Assembly (NCBI GenBank): GCA_965225945.1
Contig: CBDDBZ010000039.1
Span: 448,001-512,000, forward strand
Length of the DNA: 64,000 nucleotides
Direction of reading: 5' to 3'
Source of the DNA: Alphaproteobacteria bacterium
Lineage (GTDB): Bacteria > Pseudomonadota > Alphaproteobacteria > GCA-2731375
Part shown: positions 1-10,710 of the stretch, in pieces
Layout: each line of letters starts with the position of its first letter
How positions within the stretch are numbered: position 1 is the first letter of the stretch
Notes under the pieces: generated by a model
The model's input: only the letters and a program-made list of their open reading frames with translations
The model's database searches: none
Told to the model about the DNA's origin: nothing
Made by a program: the position numbers and the translations under genes

Positions 1-815
1 TCGACGAGACGCTGCGCCAGTCGAGCGCCCAGGGCGTGCCGTTTCCGAAACTGCTGGCCGATCAAGGCGTGCTGGCGGGCATCAAGGTCGACACGGGGGC
101 GAAGGACCTGCCCGGCGCGCCGGGCGAAAAGGTGACGGAAGGGCTGGACGGTCTGCGTGAGCGGTTGGCCGAATACGCCGAACTGGGCGCCCGCTTCACC
201 AAGTGGCGGGCGGTGATCGACATCAGCCCTGGCATCCCCAGCCGCTATTGCATCGCCGCCAACGCCCACGCGCTGGCCCGCTACGCCGCCCTCAGCCAGG
301 AGGCGGGGCTGGTGCCGATCGTCGAGCCCGAGGTGCTGATGGACGGCGATCACGACGCCGAGCGTTGCGCCGAGGCCAGCGAGGCGGCGCTGAAATGCCT
401 CTACGAGGAGCTCTACTTGCAGCGGGTGTCGCTGGAAGGCACGGTGCTGAAGCCGAACATGGTCGTTTCCGGCAAGGGCTGTCCCGCTCGAGCCGGCGTC
501 GCCGAGGTGGCGGCGCGTACCCTCGAGGTCTTGGCGCGCTCGGTGCCGGCGGCGGTGCCGGGGATCTGCTTCCTTTCCGGCGGGCAGAGCGAGGAGGAGG
601 CCACCGCCCACCTGAACGCGATGAACGCGATGGGCCCGCATCCCTGGGAGCTGAGTTTCTCCTACGGCCGCGCGTTGCAGGCCTCGGCGCTCAAGACCTG
701 GGGCGGCGAGGCGGCCAACATCGCCGCCGCGCAGGCGACCTATCTGCACCGGGCGCGGATGAACGGGCTCGCGCGCTCCGGCGACTATCAGGCGGCGCTG
801 GAGCAGGCGGCCTGA
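1..815 (+). CDS. Fructose-bisphosphate aldolase class I (5' part outside window)
   Basis: Motifs [55 protein letters not shown]; followed by thiE as is usual in alphaproteobacteria. Confidence 0.96.
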   Translation, partial: DETLRQSSAQGVPFPKLLADQGVLAGIKVDTGAKDLPGAPGEKVTEGLDGLRERLAEYAELGARFTKWRAVIDISPGIPSRYCIAANAHALARYAALSQEAGLVPIVEPEVLMDGDHDAERCAEASEAALKCLYEELYLQRVSLEGTVLKPNMVVSGKGCPARAGVAEVAARTLEVLARSVPAAVPGICFLSGGQSEEEATAHLNAMNAMGPHPWELSFSYGRALQASALKTWGGEAANIAAAQATYLHRARMNGLARSGDYQAALEQAA

Positions 816-831
816 GCGGCCCCTCGCCCTG

Positions 832-1482
832 ATGGTCGGTGCCGAGGCGGCGGCGGATCGGTGTCGGCTCTATCTGATCACACCGCCGGCGTTCGAGCCC
901 GCGTCCTTCGCCGAGGATCTGGTGGCTGCGCTCGATGCCGGCGATGTCGCCTGCCTGCAGCTTCGCCTGAAAGACGTCGCCGACGACGCGATCCGTCGCG
1001 CGGTCGAGGTTCTGATGCCGCTGGCGCATGCCCGCGACGTCGCCTTTCTGCTCAACGACCGGCCCGACATCGCCGCCGAATTCGGCGCCGATGGCTGCCA
1101 CGTCGGCCAGGATGACATGGCCTATACGGAAGCCCGGCAACTGGTCGGCGAGGGGGCCATCGTCGGCGTCACCTGCAAGAATTCCCGCCACTTGGCGATG
1201 GCGGCGGGCGAGGCGGGGGCCGACTACGTCGCCTTCGGCGCCTTCTTCGCGACCCACACCATGGAGACCTCGGTCCGCGCCGAGCCGGACATTTTGACCT
1301 GGTGGTCGGAGTTGATGGAGATCCCGTGCGTCGCCATCGGCGGCATCACGGCCGAGAACTGCGCGGTGCTGGTGCGGGCGGGGGCGGATTTTCTCTGCGT
1401 GATCTCCGCCGTGTGGAACCACCCGGGGGGCCCGGGCGCGGGGGTCGAGGCCTTCGACCGGGCGATCGCGGCAAATAGCTGA
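832..1482 (+). CDS. thiE: Thiamine phosphate synthase
   Basis: [43 protein letters not shown] motifs. Confidence 0.95.
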   Translation: MVGAEAAADRCRLYLITPPAFEPASFAEDLVAALDAGDVACLQLRLKDVADDAIRRAVEVLMPLAHARDVAFLLNDRPDIAAEFGADGCHVGQDDMAYTEARQLVGEGAIVGVTCKNSRHLAMAAGEAGADYVAFGAFFATHTMETSVRAEPDILTWWSELMEIPCVAIGGITAENCAVLVRAGADFLCVISAVWNHPGGPGAGVEAFDRAIAANS

Positions 1483-1794
1483 GGCGAGCGATTTCAGCCG
1501 GCGATGCCGAGGCCATTTGATGGTCGTCATCGACAGCGGCAATTTGCCGCTATTGCTTTGGCCGGATGTACCTCCACCGATCGCCGAAGATCGTCGACGC
1601 GCCGTCGAAAGGCTTTGGCAATGCATTGATGACTCGACAGGTAATCTGGCGGAAAGCTGAAGAGAAAGGTCTCGTTCCCACGCCGGTAGCGAGCGAGATC
1701 AGGAGTCGAACGGGCTGCTAGCTGGGAAGGCGGGACAATGAGTTGCAATACCAATGGTGTTCACCGCCGGGGTGGGAGAGCGCGATGGTTTCAG

Positions 1795-2172
1795 TCAAAA
1801 ATTGAAATACTCTAGGATAGCGACGACGACTTGCGCCAGCACCAGGGTGATGGCGGCGGCGATGGCATACATCACGGCCACGGCGGCGCCCAGATACACC
1901 ATGTTCGTCTTGGTCTTGAGCGGATGGAGCTTTCGGTCCTGTTCGCGGCGGTCGCGACTGCGCCGATTTGTGCCGGCGACCAGGGTAATGAAAAGGTGCT
2001 GGAAGCTGGCGCGTATGTCGACAGGATGCTCGCGCCATGGCCTTGTTTCGGTGATCACCCGACGCAGCCTCGCCAACTGATCTTCCGACAAAGCATCGAT
2101 GATGTCGCGTGGCAGCCGTTCCGTCACGTCCTTGGCGCGTAGCTCGTCGCGACTGGCTTCTTCCCTCGACAT
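1795..2172 (-). CDS. Small conserved hypothetical membrane protein
   Basis: ATG at 2172 (MSREEASRD...), W-x-x-HPVDIR motif, C-terminal hydrophobic helix; the longer ORF call runs into the IS630. Confidence 0.6.
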   Translation of the reverse strand: MSREEASRDELRAKDVTERLPRDIIDALSEDQLARLRRVITETRPWREHPVDIRASFQHLFITLVAGTNRRSRDRREQDRKLHPLKTKTNMVYLGAAVAVMYAIAAAITLVLAQVVVAILEYFNF

Positions 2173-2279
2173 GAGCCGTCCCTGTTGCCGCACCCGTAAT
2201 CTTCTCGACCGACATTCGCCCGCCTCAAGCGCCTGTCCGAGGGTCGGCGCAAGGCCGTGATCGCGCGGGAAATCCGCTA

Positions 2280-2702
2280 GAGCGGTTCCGCCGATGACTG
2301 AATCATAATTTTCTTGTCTTGGCTTACAAACGCTGATTCGCTTCCCTTTTTGGAGGGTGAATCGTGGCGATTTCGGAAGACCTGCGTATTCGGCTGGTGA
2401 GGAAAGTGGCGTCGGGCATGTCGCGCCGTCAGGCGGCGGCGCATTTTGAGGTGAGCGCGAGTTCGGCGGTTCGCTTCGCCCGGCGCTATGAGGACGAAGG
2501 GACAATCGCGGTCAAACCACATCCGCCTCGCAAGCGCCGTCTTGACCCTTACGGCGAGGCTATCCTGCGCTGGATCGAGGAGACACCGGACCTGACGCTG
2601 CAAGAGCTGTCTCAGCGTCTGCATGAGGTCCATGAGGTGACGGCGCCGATATCGACGATTGATGACTGGCTGCGTGCCCGCAAGATCAGCTTTAAAAAAA
2701 CT
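2280..2702 (+). mobile_element. Truncated IS630-family element (left end plus OrfA only)
   Basis: Starts at CTA|GAGCGGTT; HTH ORF from 2364 (SEDLRIR...SRRQAAAHFEVSASSAVR...PDLTLQEL...SFKK) ends at an A7 slippery site (2694-2700); cut by IS66, with no DDE OrfB downstream. Confidence 0.85.
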
Positions 2703-4353
2703 GTAACTGCCCAGGTAGCTGATTTCGATGAGGCTGCGGATTGGGTCTCTGGGGGCAGATTTTGTGGGTTTGGGGCGCTGACGGCCTAGATTTCGTTTGA
2801 CAGAGGGTGGTTGATCGATTCTAAGGATTTGATGGATAGGGATGTTCTTGCCTTTTTGTCGAAAGACGAGCTGATCGATGTGGTGCTGGCCCAAGGGTCG
2901 CGGCTCGCCGAGTTCGAACTCCGGCGAGCTGATCGATGTGGTGGCCCAAGGGTCGCGGCTCGCCGAGTTCGAACTCCGGCTTGGTGAACTCGAGCGCCGG
3001 CTTGGCCTGAACAGCACGAACAGCGGCAAGCCACCGTCGAGCGATGGATTGAACAAGCCACCGGCGGGTAAAAAGAAGCGCACCAGGAGCCTCCGTAAGA
3101 AATCGGCCCGCAAGCCGGGCGGGCAAAAGGGCCACAAGGGCGAGACCCTGCGCCAAGTCGCCGATCCCGACGCCACCGTCGACCATTATCCCGAGACGTG
3201 CCAGTGGTGTGGTTCGGGATTGACGCCGGATATGGCTACCGGCCATGGGGCCCGCCAGGTTTTCGATCTACCCGAGCCCCGGCCCCTGGTGGTCACGGAG
3301 CATCGGGCGCATCGCTGCCGTTGCGGGCATTGCGGCACGTACACTCGGGCTTCTTTTCCCGTCGCCATCACCGGCCCGGTTCAATACGGCGCTCGGATCG
3401 GAGCCATGGTGGTCTACCTGTCGCACTACCAACTCCTGCCCGAGGACCGCCTGGCTGAATTGATGAAGGATCTGTTCGGGGCGGAACTGTCTCCGGCGAG
3501 CCTCGCGCGGAGGGGCGGGAACAGCGCCGAGTCCGTCCAAGGCGTCGTCGATGTGATCCGCGAACTGGTGAAATCGGCGCCGGTCAAGCACATGGACGAG
3601 ACCGGCTTGCGGATCGCCGGGCGGACCCAATGGTTGCACGTCGCCTCGACCGCGCGGTTGACCTTCTATCGGGTCTCGGAGCGACGCGGCAGCCTGCTCG
3701 GCGGAGTCGGCGGCATCGTCGTCCATGACCACTGGAAGCCGTACTTTACGATGGAGGGCGTACGGCACGCGCTGTGCAACGCCCATCACCTGCGCGAGTT
3801 GCAAGCCCTGATCGAGATCGAGAAGGAGGGCTGGGCACGCAAGATGCAGAGACTATTGCGCCGCGCCTGCCACGCGGTAAATCTCGCCCGGGAGCGGGGC
3901 GTGGCGCTGAAACCAGGCCTCGTCGAGCGCTTCCGAGGGTGTTACGACGCGATCACGGCCGAGGGCATCGCCTTTCACGAGGCACAACCTCCTCTTGCGC
4001 CCAGATCGAGCAAGGCCAAGCGCCGGGGAAGCAAGCCGCGCCGCACCGGGCACAACCTTCTCCGGCGCCTTCAGACACACAAGGAAGACGCGCTGCGCTT
4101 CCTCATCAATTTCGCCGTGCCGTTCACCAACAATCAGGCCGAGCAGGACGGGCGCATGATGAAGGTCAAGCAGAAAATCTCCGGCGGCTTCCGCAGCCAG
4201 AAAGGCGCCGAAGACTTTGCCACCGTCCGCGGCTTCATCTCGACCGCCAGAAAACAGGGCTGGAACATCATCCAGGCGCTCATGGAAAATCCCGAAACCC
4301 TGATCGAGCGTCTCCACGCCGCCTAAAAGGCCACCATGTACCTGGGCAGTTAC
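2703..4353 (+). mobile_element. IS66-family element, single-ORF (ISBst12-like) type, copy 1
   Basis: Terminal IRs GTAACTGCCCAGGTA / TACCTGGGCAGTTAC; near-identical to 48526-50121; no target duplication. Confidence 0.95.
2832..4326 (+). pseudogene. IS66 transposase, frameshifted by a 55-bp tandem duplication
   Basis: NSTNSGKPPSSD, KPGGQKGH, Zn-finger, HMDETG, LCNAHHLREL, FTNNQAE motifs; duplication at 2868-2980 relative to copy 2. Confidence 0.88.
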
Positions 4354-4354
4354 G

Positions 4355-4426
4355 AAAGTTTACTACTTCAGGGATGGATTCCCGGCATGGAAGGCGGCGG
4401 GATATCCTGTCGAAGTTCCAAAATAA
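4355..4426 (+). pseudogene. 3' remnant of a rhodanese-domain gene
   Basis: Reads KVYYFRDGFPAWKAAGYPVEVPK* directly after the IS66 right end, matching the rhodanese C-terminal signature (G-x-x-x-W-x-x-x-G-Y-P). Confidence 0.75.
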
Positions 4427-4682
4427 TCGACGACTGTTGGATGGCACCCGCCGGACGACCCGGTCGAGGCCGTGATATCAAGGACGCCGCGATCGGGTGA
4501 CGGAGGGGATGCGAGGCTTCGCCAGGCTTCCCGACGCCTCCCCGCCGGGCGGAAAATGCGCGCCGTCGCCACCCCCTTGATGCCGCGCTCCCCAAGCTCT
4601 ATTTATTCGCCCGCGCGACATATCGGGGGATATGTCGTCGCGGGAACAAAGCCATCACCGATTTAGACGGGAGCAGCGTCGC

Positions 4683-5657
4683 ATGGAGCGGATGATCGAG
4701 GTCCAGGGCTTGGCCCGGCATTTCGGCCCGCTGATCGCGGTCGACGACGTCAGTTTCACCGTCGCCCGAGGCGAGGTGCTGGGATTTCTCGGACCAAACG
4801 GCGCCGGCAAGTCGACCACGATGAAGATGATCACCGGCTTTCTGGCGCCGACGCGCGGGCGCGTCACGGTCTGCGGCCACGACGTCGCGCGGGCGCCGAT
4901 CCAGGCCAAGGCCGCCATCGGCTATCTGCCCGAAGGGGCGCCGGCCTATGGCGACATGACGCCGGCGAGCTTTCTCGCCTTCGCCGCGGCGGCCCGCGGC
5001 ATGAGCCGCCAGGCGGCGCGGGCCGGCATCCAGGCGGCGGTGGCCGAGGTCGAGTTGGACCCGGTGATGGAGCAGCCGATCGAGACGCTGTCGAAGGGCT
5101 ACAAACGCCGCGTCGGCCTGGCCCAGGCGATCCTGCACGATCCCCCAGTGCTGATCCTCGACGAGCCGACCGACGGGCTCGACCCCAACCAGAAGCATCA
5201 GGTGCGCGGCCTCATCCGCCAGATGGCGCGCGACAAGGCGATCATCATTTCGACCCACATCCTGGAGGAAGTGGGCGCGGTCTGCGGCCGGGCGATGATC
5301 ATCGCCCAGGGCCGCATCGTCGCCGACGGCACGCCAGCCGAGCTGGAGGCGATGTCGCGCTACCACAACGCCATCCAGATCCGCGTCAAGGCGGAAGGCG
5401 TCGAGGCCTCGCTCGCGGGGCTAGAGGGAGTTATGCGCGTGGTGGCGCTCGACGACGGGCTCTATCAGGTGTTCCCCCTCGCCGGCGCCAAAATCCTCGA
5501 CGCCGTCGCCGGCCATACCCGAGTGCACGGCTGGGAGGTCGAGCAGCTCGTGGTCGAGGCGGGACGCCTCGACGAGGTCTTCCGGCGGATGACCACGGGC
5601 GAGGCCGACGTGCCGGCGGACGCGGACGCCGGCACGAAGCGGGGGGAAGCGGCCTGA
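4683..5657 (+). CDS. ABC transporter ATP-binding protein (GldA-like)
   Basis: Walker A GPNGAGKST, signature LSKGY, Walker B LILDEPT, STH. Confidence 0.93.
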   Translation: MERMIEVQGLARHFGPLIAVDDVSFTVARGEVLGFLGPNGAGKSTTMKMITGFLAPTRGRVTVCGHDVARAPIQAKAAIGYLPEGAPAYGDMTPASFLAFAAAARGMSRQAARAGIQAAVAEVELDPVMEQPIETLSKGYKRRVGLAQAILHDPPVLILDEPTDGLDPNQKHQVRGLIRQMARDKAIIISTHILEEVGAVCGRAMIIAQGRIVADGTPAELEAMSRYHNAIQIRVKAEGVEASLAGLEGVMRVVALDDGLYQVFPLAGAKILDAVAGHTRVHGWEVEQLVVEAGRLDEVFRRMTTGEADVPADADAGTKRGEAA

Positions 5658-6391
5658 TGTCGAGAACCCTGGTGGTCTTCCGGCGCGAGCTCGCGAGTTA
5701 TTTCAACACGCCGCTGGCCTATGTCTTCATCGTCATCTTTCTGTTCCTGACCGGGATCTTCACCTTCTATCTCGGCAACTTCTTCGGCCGGGGCCAGGCG
5801 GATCTGAAGCCCTTCTTCACCTTCCATCCCTGGCTCTACCTGTTCCTGGTGCCGGCGATCGCCATGCGGCTGTGGGCGGAGGAACGGAAAACCGGCTCGA
5901 TCGAGCTGTTGTTGACGCTGCCGTTGAGCCTCGCCGACGCGGTCCTGGGCAAGTTCCTGGCGGCCTGGGCTTTCATCGCCATCGCGCTCGCCTGCACCTT
6001 CCCGATGTGGTTCACCGTGACCTATCTGGGCGAACCGGATCACGGCGTCATCGTCGCCGGCTATCTCGGAAGCCTGCTGATGGCCGGCGGCTATCTGGCG
6101 ATCGGGGCCGCGGTCTCGGCGCTGACCAAGAACCAGGTCATCGCCTTCGTCGTCTCGGTGGTGATCTGCTTCCTCTTCACCGTCTCCGGCGCGCCGATGG
6201 TGCTCGACGCCTTCACCACCTGGGCGCCGCAGCGGACCGTCGACATCGTCGCCTCGCTGAGCTTCCTCAGCCATTTCGAGGCCATCACCAACGGCGTCCT
6301 GGACCTGCGCGACATCTTCTACTTCGTCTCGATGATCGGCTTCTGGCTGTTCGCCAACCTGATCATCGTGGACGCGCGCAAGGCGATGTGA
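5657..6391 (+). CDS. ABC-2 type permease (GldF-like)
   Basis: RRELASYFNTPLAY, MRLWAEERKTGSIELLLTLP, multiple TM helices; TGATG coupling to the ATPase. Confidence 0.92.
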   Translation: MSRTLVVFRRELASYFNTPLAYVFIVIFLFLTGIFTFYLGNFFGRGQADLKPFFTFHPWLYLFLVPAIAMRLWAEERKTGSIELLLTLPLSLADAVLGKFLAAWAFIAIALACTFPMWFTVTYLGEPDHGVIVAGYLGSLLMAGGYLAIGAAVSALTKNQVIAFVVSVVICFLFTVSGAPMVLDAFTTWAPQRTVDIVASLSFLSHFEAITNGVLDLRDIFYFVSMIGFWLFANLIIVDARKAM

Positions 6392-6404
6392 GGAGGCGGC
6401 GGCG

Positions 6405-8345
6405 ATGAGCCGAGGACTGCTTTCCGGCGCGGCGCTGATCGTGGCGGCGATCCTGACCGTGGCGTTGAACGTGATCGCCGCCAACGGTTTCCGTTCGGCC
6501 CGGCTGGATCTGACCGCCGATTCCCTCTACGCGCTGAACCCGGGCTCGCGCAACGTGCTCGCCTCGCTGGAGGAGCCGGTGACGCTGCGCTTCTATTTCT
6601 CCGAGCGTGTCGCCAACCAGACCCCGCAGCTCAAGCGCTACGGCCAGCGGGTGCGCGAGATGTTGGAGCAATACGCGCTGATCGCCGAGGGCAAGATCCG
6701 GCTCGAGGTGATCGATCCCGAGCCTTTCACCGACCAGGAGGACGACGCGGTCCGCAACGGCCTCGGCACGGTCCCGATCACGGTCGACGAGAACCTCTAC
6801 TTCGGCCTGGTCGGCACCAACACGGTCGACGACCGCGAGGTGATCTCCTTCTTCCAGAGCGGCAAGGAAGCCTTCCTCGAATACGACCTGACGCGGCTGA
6901 TCTACAATCTGAGCGAGCCGAGGAAGCCGAAGGTCGGCCTGATCACCGCGCACCAGATGAACCAGGACATCTCGCCGCTGCTGACCTTCGGCGGGCGGGG
7001 GCCACAGCAATGGGCGATCGTGCCGCAATTGCGCGCGGTCTTCGAGTTGGAGACCATCGATTTGGAGGCAGCGACGATCGGCGAGGATATCGACGTGCTG
7101 CTGCTCGTGCATCCGCCCCGGCTTTCGCCCGAGATGAGCTATGCGATCGACCAGTTCGTGCTCGGGGGCGGCCGCGCGGTGGTCATGGTCGATCCCTTCT
7201 CGGAGGTCGGCGCCGCCTTCAGCAACCAGCAGCGCCAGGCGGGCGGCGCCCTGGTGCCGGAAAGCTCGAAGCTCGACAAGCTGTTCGCCGCCTGGGGCGT
7301 CGAGCTCGCCGTCGACCAGTTCGTCGGCGACTGGAATCATGCCCAGCGGGTCAACGTCGGCGGGATGGGGGGGGCCAAGGCGATGCGCTATCTCTCCTGG
7401 TTGGCGCTGCGGCCGGCCACCTACGACCGCGACGACGTGATCATGGCCGGGCTCGGGCCGATCGTGGTGGCGAGCGCCGGCAGCCTCTCCAAGCGGGAAG
7501 GCGCGACGACCGAGTTCAAGTCCCTGATCCGGAGCAGCGCGGAATCGATGCTGTTCGCCTCCTCCTTCCTGCGCTCCGGTCCCAAACCGCGGAATCTGAT
7601 CGCCAACTTCAAGGCGACCGAGGACCGCTACGTGATGGCGGCCCGCATCTCCGGCATGATCAAAAGTGCCTTTCCCGACGGCCGGCCGAAGCCCGAGGCC
7701 GAGGCCGAGGTAAAAGCGAAAGCGGACGAGAAGCCCGCGGACGCGCCGCATATCGCGGAAAGCAAGGTGGCGATCAACCTGGTCATCGTCGCCGACGGCG
7801 ACATGGTCTTCGATCAGTTCTGGACCCGCGAGCAGGACCTGCTCGGCCAGCGGCTCTTCGTGCAGACCGCGGCCAACGCCGACTTCGTGATCAATGCGCT
7901 GGATCATCTGGCCGGTTCGGAGGATTTGATCTCACTCCGCAGTCGCGGCAAGTCGGAGCGCCGTTTCGAGGTCCTGGCGGCGCTGCGGCGCGAGGCCGAG
8001 AAGGCCTTCCTCGACCAGGAACGCGTGCTCGCCGAGAAGCTCGAGGCGACGCGCAAGCGCCTGGTCGAGCTCCAGGGCAAGGCGCGACCCGGCGCCGGCG
8101 GCGGTAGCCTGATTTCCAAGAAGCAGCAGGCGGAGATCGGCAAGGCCCAGGTGGTAATCCGCCAGACCCGGCGCGAGCTGCGCGATGTGCAGCACGACCT
8201 GAACAAGGATATCGATCGACTGGAGACCCGCCTGAAGTTCGCCAACATCGGTGCCGTGCCGGTCCTGATCGGACTGTTGGCGCTGGGCCTGGCGGTGACG
8301 CGGGCGGCCCGGCGGCGACGTAACGTCGCCGGCCGTCGGGATTGA
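6405..8345 (+). CDS. GldG-family ABC auxiliary component
   Basis: N-terminal TM, RLDLT...Y-x-L, EYDLTRLI, IDQFVLGGG, N-x-DFVINALDHL, coiled coil, C-terminal TM. Confidence 0.9.
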   Translation: MSRGLLSGAALIVAAILTVALNVIAANGFRSARLDLTADSLYALNPGSRNVLASLEEPVTLRFYFSERVANQTPQLKRYGQRVREMLEQYALIAEGKIRLEVIDPEPFTDQEDDAVRNGLGTVPITVDENLYFGLVGTNTVDDREVISFFQSGKEAFLEYDLTRLIYNLSEPRKPKVGLITAHQMNQDISPLLTFGGRGPQQWAIVPQLRAVFELETIDLEAATIGEDIDVLLLVHPPRLSPEMSYAIDQFVLGGGRAVVMVDPFSEVGAAFSNQQRQAGGALVPESSKLDKLFAAWGVELAVDQFVGDWNHAQRVNVGGMGGAKAMRYLSWLALRPATYDRDDVIMAGLGPIVVASAGSLSKREGATTEFKSLIRSSAESMLFASSFLRSGPKPRNLIANFKATEDRYVMAARISGMIKSAFPDGRPKPEAEAEVKAKADEKPADAPHIAESKVAINLVIVADGDMVFDQFWTREQDLLGQRLFVQTAANADFVINALDHLAGSEDLISLRSRGKSERRFEVLAALRREAEKAFLDQERVLAEKLEATRKRLVELQGKARPGAGGGSLISKKQQAEIGKAQVVIRQTRRELRDVQHDLNKDIDRLETRLKFANIGAVPVLIGLLALGLAVTRAARRRRNVAGRRD

Positions 8346-8411
8346 ATTTGGCGGCGCCCTCGCGGGGGCGGGGCAGTCGGGCGCACTATCGAAAGGCCAT
8401 GGGCGAGAGCG

Positions 8412-9512
8412 ATGGGATTCAAGTCATTCGTGATCTTGGCGGGGGTGACCGTGCTGGCGGTCGTCGGCGCCGCTTATTTGCTGCAGCAGCGCGAGCAGCG
8501 CCTGGGCCTGCCGTCGGTGCCGGCGGTGCTGTTCCCGGATCTGCTGGACCGGGTCAACGAGGTCGCGAGGGTCGAGGTGGTCTCGCCGGCGGAGAGCTTC
8601 ACGATAGCCAAGCGGGACGACGATACCTGGGGCATGGAGGAGAAGCGGAATTATCCCGTGCTCTTCGAGACGGTGAAGCAGGCCGCCATCGGCATCGCCG
8701 GCATGCGGCCGTTGGAGGCGAAGACGGCGAATCCCGACCGCCACGAAAAGCTCCGGGTTCTGGACCCCCGCGCGGAAGGGGAGGTCAAGGGCAAGGGCAC
8801 GCTGGTTCGGCTGCTGGACGGCGAGGGTGGCGAGGTCGCCGCCGTCATCATCGGTAAGACCCGCTCGATCTCCACCGCCGAGCGGGAAGGCTGGTACTAC
8901 GTCCGCCGGCCGGAGCAGCCCCGCACCTGGCTCGTCGCCGCCCGGATCGAGGCCAACGAGAAGGCGCTCCGCTGGCTCGACGCCACCATGGTGCGGATCG
9001 CCCGGCCCCGGATCCGCGCCGCCGCCACCCGCCAGGCCGACGGGGCCACGGTGGAGATCTCCCGGCCCGACACCGCCACCACCGATTTCACCATCGACAA
9101 CGTGCCCGAGGGGATGAAGCCGTACCACAAGACCGTGGCCAACGATCTGGGCGCGGCGCTGGGCTACATCGCCTTCGACCACGTCAAGGGAGTGGAGGAG
9201 ATCGACTTCTCCGGCGCCTCCAGCGCCCGCTTCGAGACCTTCGACGGTCTCGTCCTCGATATCGACGTCGTCGAGCGGGACGGCAAGAAATGGGCCCGCT
9301 TCAAGGCCCGGTACGCGCCGGACCTGGCCCGGTTGGACGCGGTCGAGGAGGCGCAGAAGAAGCAGATGAAGTCGGCCGACGAGGTCGCCGAGGAGGCCGA
9401 GCTGATCAACCGGCGCTACGGCGTGTGGGCCTACAACCTGCCGAACTACAAGGCCGACGACCTGACCAAGCCGATGGAGAAGATGGTCATGAAGGCGGGC
9501 GACGGCGGGTGA
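8412..9512 (+). CDS. DUF4340-type membrane-anchored periplasmic protein
   Basis: N-terminal anchor, LFPDL, VIIGK...YYVRR; usual fourth gene of the GldAFG-like operon. Confidence 0.8.
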   Translation: MGFKSFVILAGVTVLAVVGAAYLLQQREQRLGLPSVPAVLFPDLLDRVNEVARVEVVSPAESFTIAKRDDDTWGMEEKRNYPVLFETVKQAAIGIAGMRPLEAKTANPDRHEKLRVLDPRAEGEVKGKGTLVRLLDGEGGEVAAVIIGKTRSISTAEREGWYYVRRPEQPRTWLVAARIEANEKALRWLDATMVRIARPRIRAAATRQADGATVEISRPDTATTDFTIDNVPEGMKPYHKTVANDLGAALGYIAFDHVKGVEEIDFSGASSARFETFDGLVLDIDVVERDGKKWARFKARYAPDLARLDAVEEAQKKQMKSADEVAEEAELINRRYGVWAYNLPNYKADDLTKPMEKMVMKAGDGG

Positions 9513-9549
9513 CATCTATGGGCGTGGACTCGCCCGCGAGGGCGCGTCG

Positions 9550-10622
9550 ATGACCGTGCTTGGGGATGCCAAACGGAGCGTGGTGCTGGCCGAACGGCCG
9601 GCCATGACCTCCGCCGCCCCTATCGCGCCGAGAGAGGCGGACTTCGCCCTGGTCGAGTCGGCTTTGGCCTCGCCGGGCCCGGGCGAAGTGCTGCTGGAGA
9701 ACCTCTACCTCAGCCTCGATCCCTACATGGCGGCCTACCTGCTGGGCCAGCACCTTTTCGGCGTCGCGGTGGAAGCGCGGGTGGCGAGCCGCGTCGTCGC
9801 CTCGCGGAATTCGGCGCTGGCGCCCGGCGACCTGATCTGGGGCTTTTTCGGCTGGGAGGATTACACCCTGCTGCCGGCGAGCCTGCGCGATGGCAAGGGC
9901 TATTCGGTGCTTCCCAACAGGATCGACCCGGCCCGATGGCCGCCGCGCGCGCCCTTTTCCAACGCGCTCTCCGTGCTCGGCATGCCGGGCCTCACCGCCC
10001 ATGTTGGCCTGATCGATATCGCCCGGCCGAGGCCGGGGAGACCGTCTTCGTCTCCTCGGCCGCCGGCGCGCTCGGCCAGATCGTCGGCCAGATCGCCCGC
10101 ATCGCCGGCTGCCGCGTGGTCGGCAGCGCTGGCGGGCCCGCGAAGGTCGCGTATCTGGAGGCGCTCGGCTTCGATGCCGCCTTCGACTACCGGGCAGCCG
10201 AGGACCTGGAGGCGACGCTGCGGCAGCACTGCCCCGACGGCATCGACATCTATTTCGACAACGTCGGCGGCGCGACGCTCGACGCCGCCCTCGCGCTGGC
10301 CAACGATCATGCCCGCTTTCCCCTCTGCGGCATGATCTCGACCTATGGCGAGGGCGGGCCCGAGGGCGTGGTCAACATGTTCCACGCCGTCCGCAAGCGG
10401 ATCACGCTCACCGGCTTCACCATTTACGATCATTACCCGGGGCGGATGGCGGCCTACCTCGACATCATGATCGGCTGGATGCGGGCCGGCGAGGTCCGCT
10501 ACACCGAGACCATCGTCGAGGGGTTGGAAAACCTGCCCGCCGCCTTCATCGCCATGCTCGCCGGCCGCCACGGCATCGGCAAGTGCCTGGTCAAACTCGC
10601 CCCCGACCCCTTCCAGGACTGA
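9550..10622 (+). pseudogene. NADP-dependent alkenal/prostaglandin-reductase-like oxidoreductase, 1-nt frameshift
   Basis: YLSLDPYM and LGMPGLTA in one frame, GETVFVSSAAGALG and GIDIYFDNVGG in another; break at the G-run 10035-10038 (may be a sequencing error). Confidence 0.85.
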
Positions 10623-10710
10623 CGCCGGAGGCTCGAATTGCTCCCACCGACGTCGAATGCGGCGCCGCCCGGATCGTCGCGCTCCGTTCGCTTGCGGCGA
10701 CCAAAGCGCC

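Noticed and set aside
1483-1794. AT-richer spacer after thiE as a gene or ncRNA
   Set aside because: Only short unconvincing ORFs and no recognisable motif
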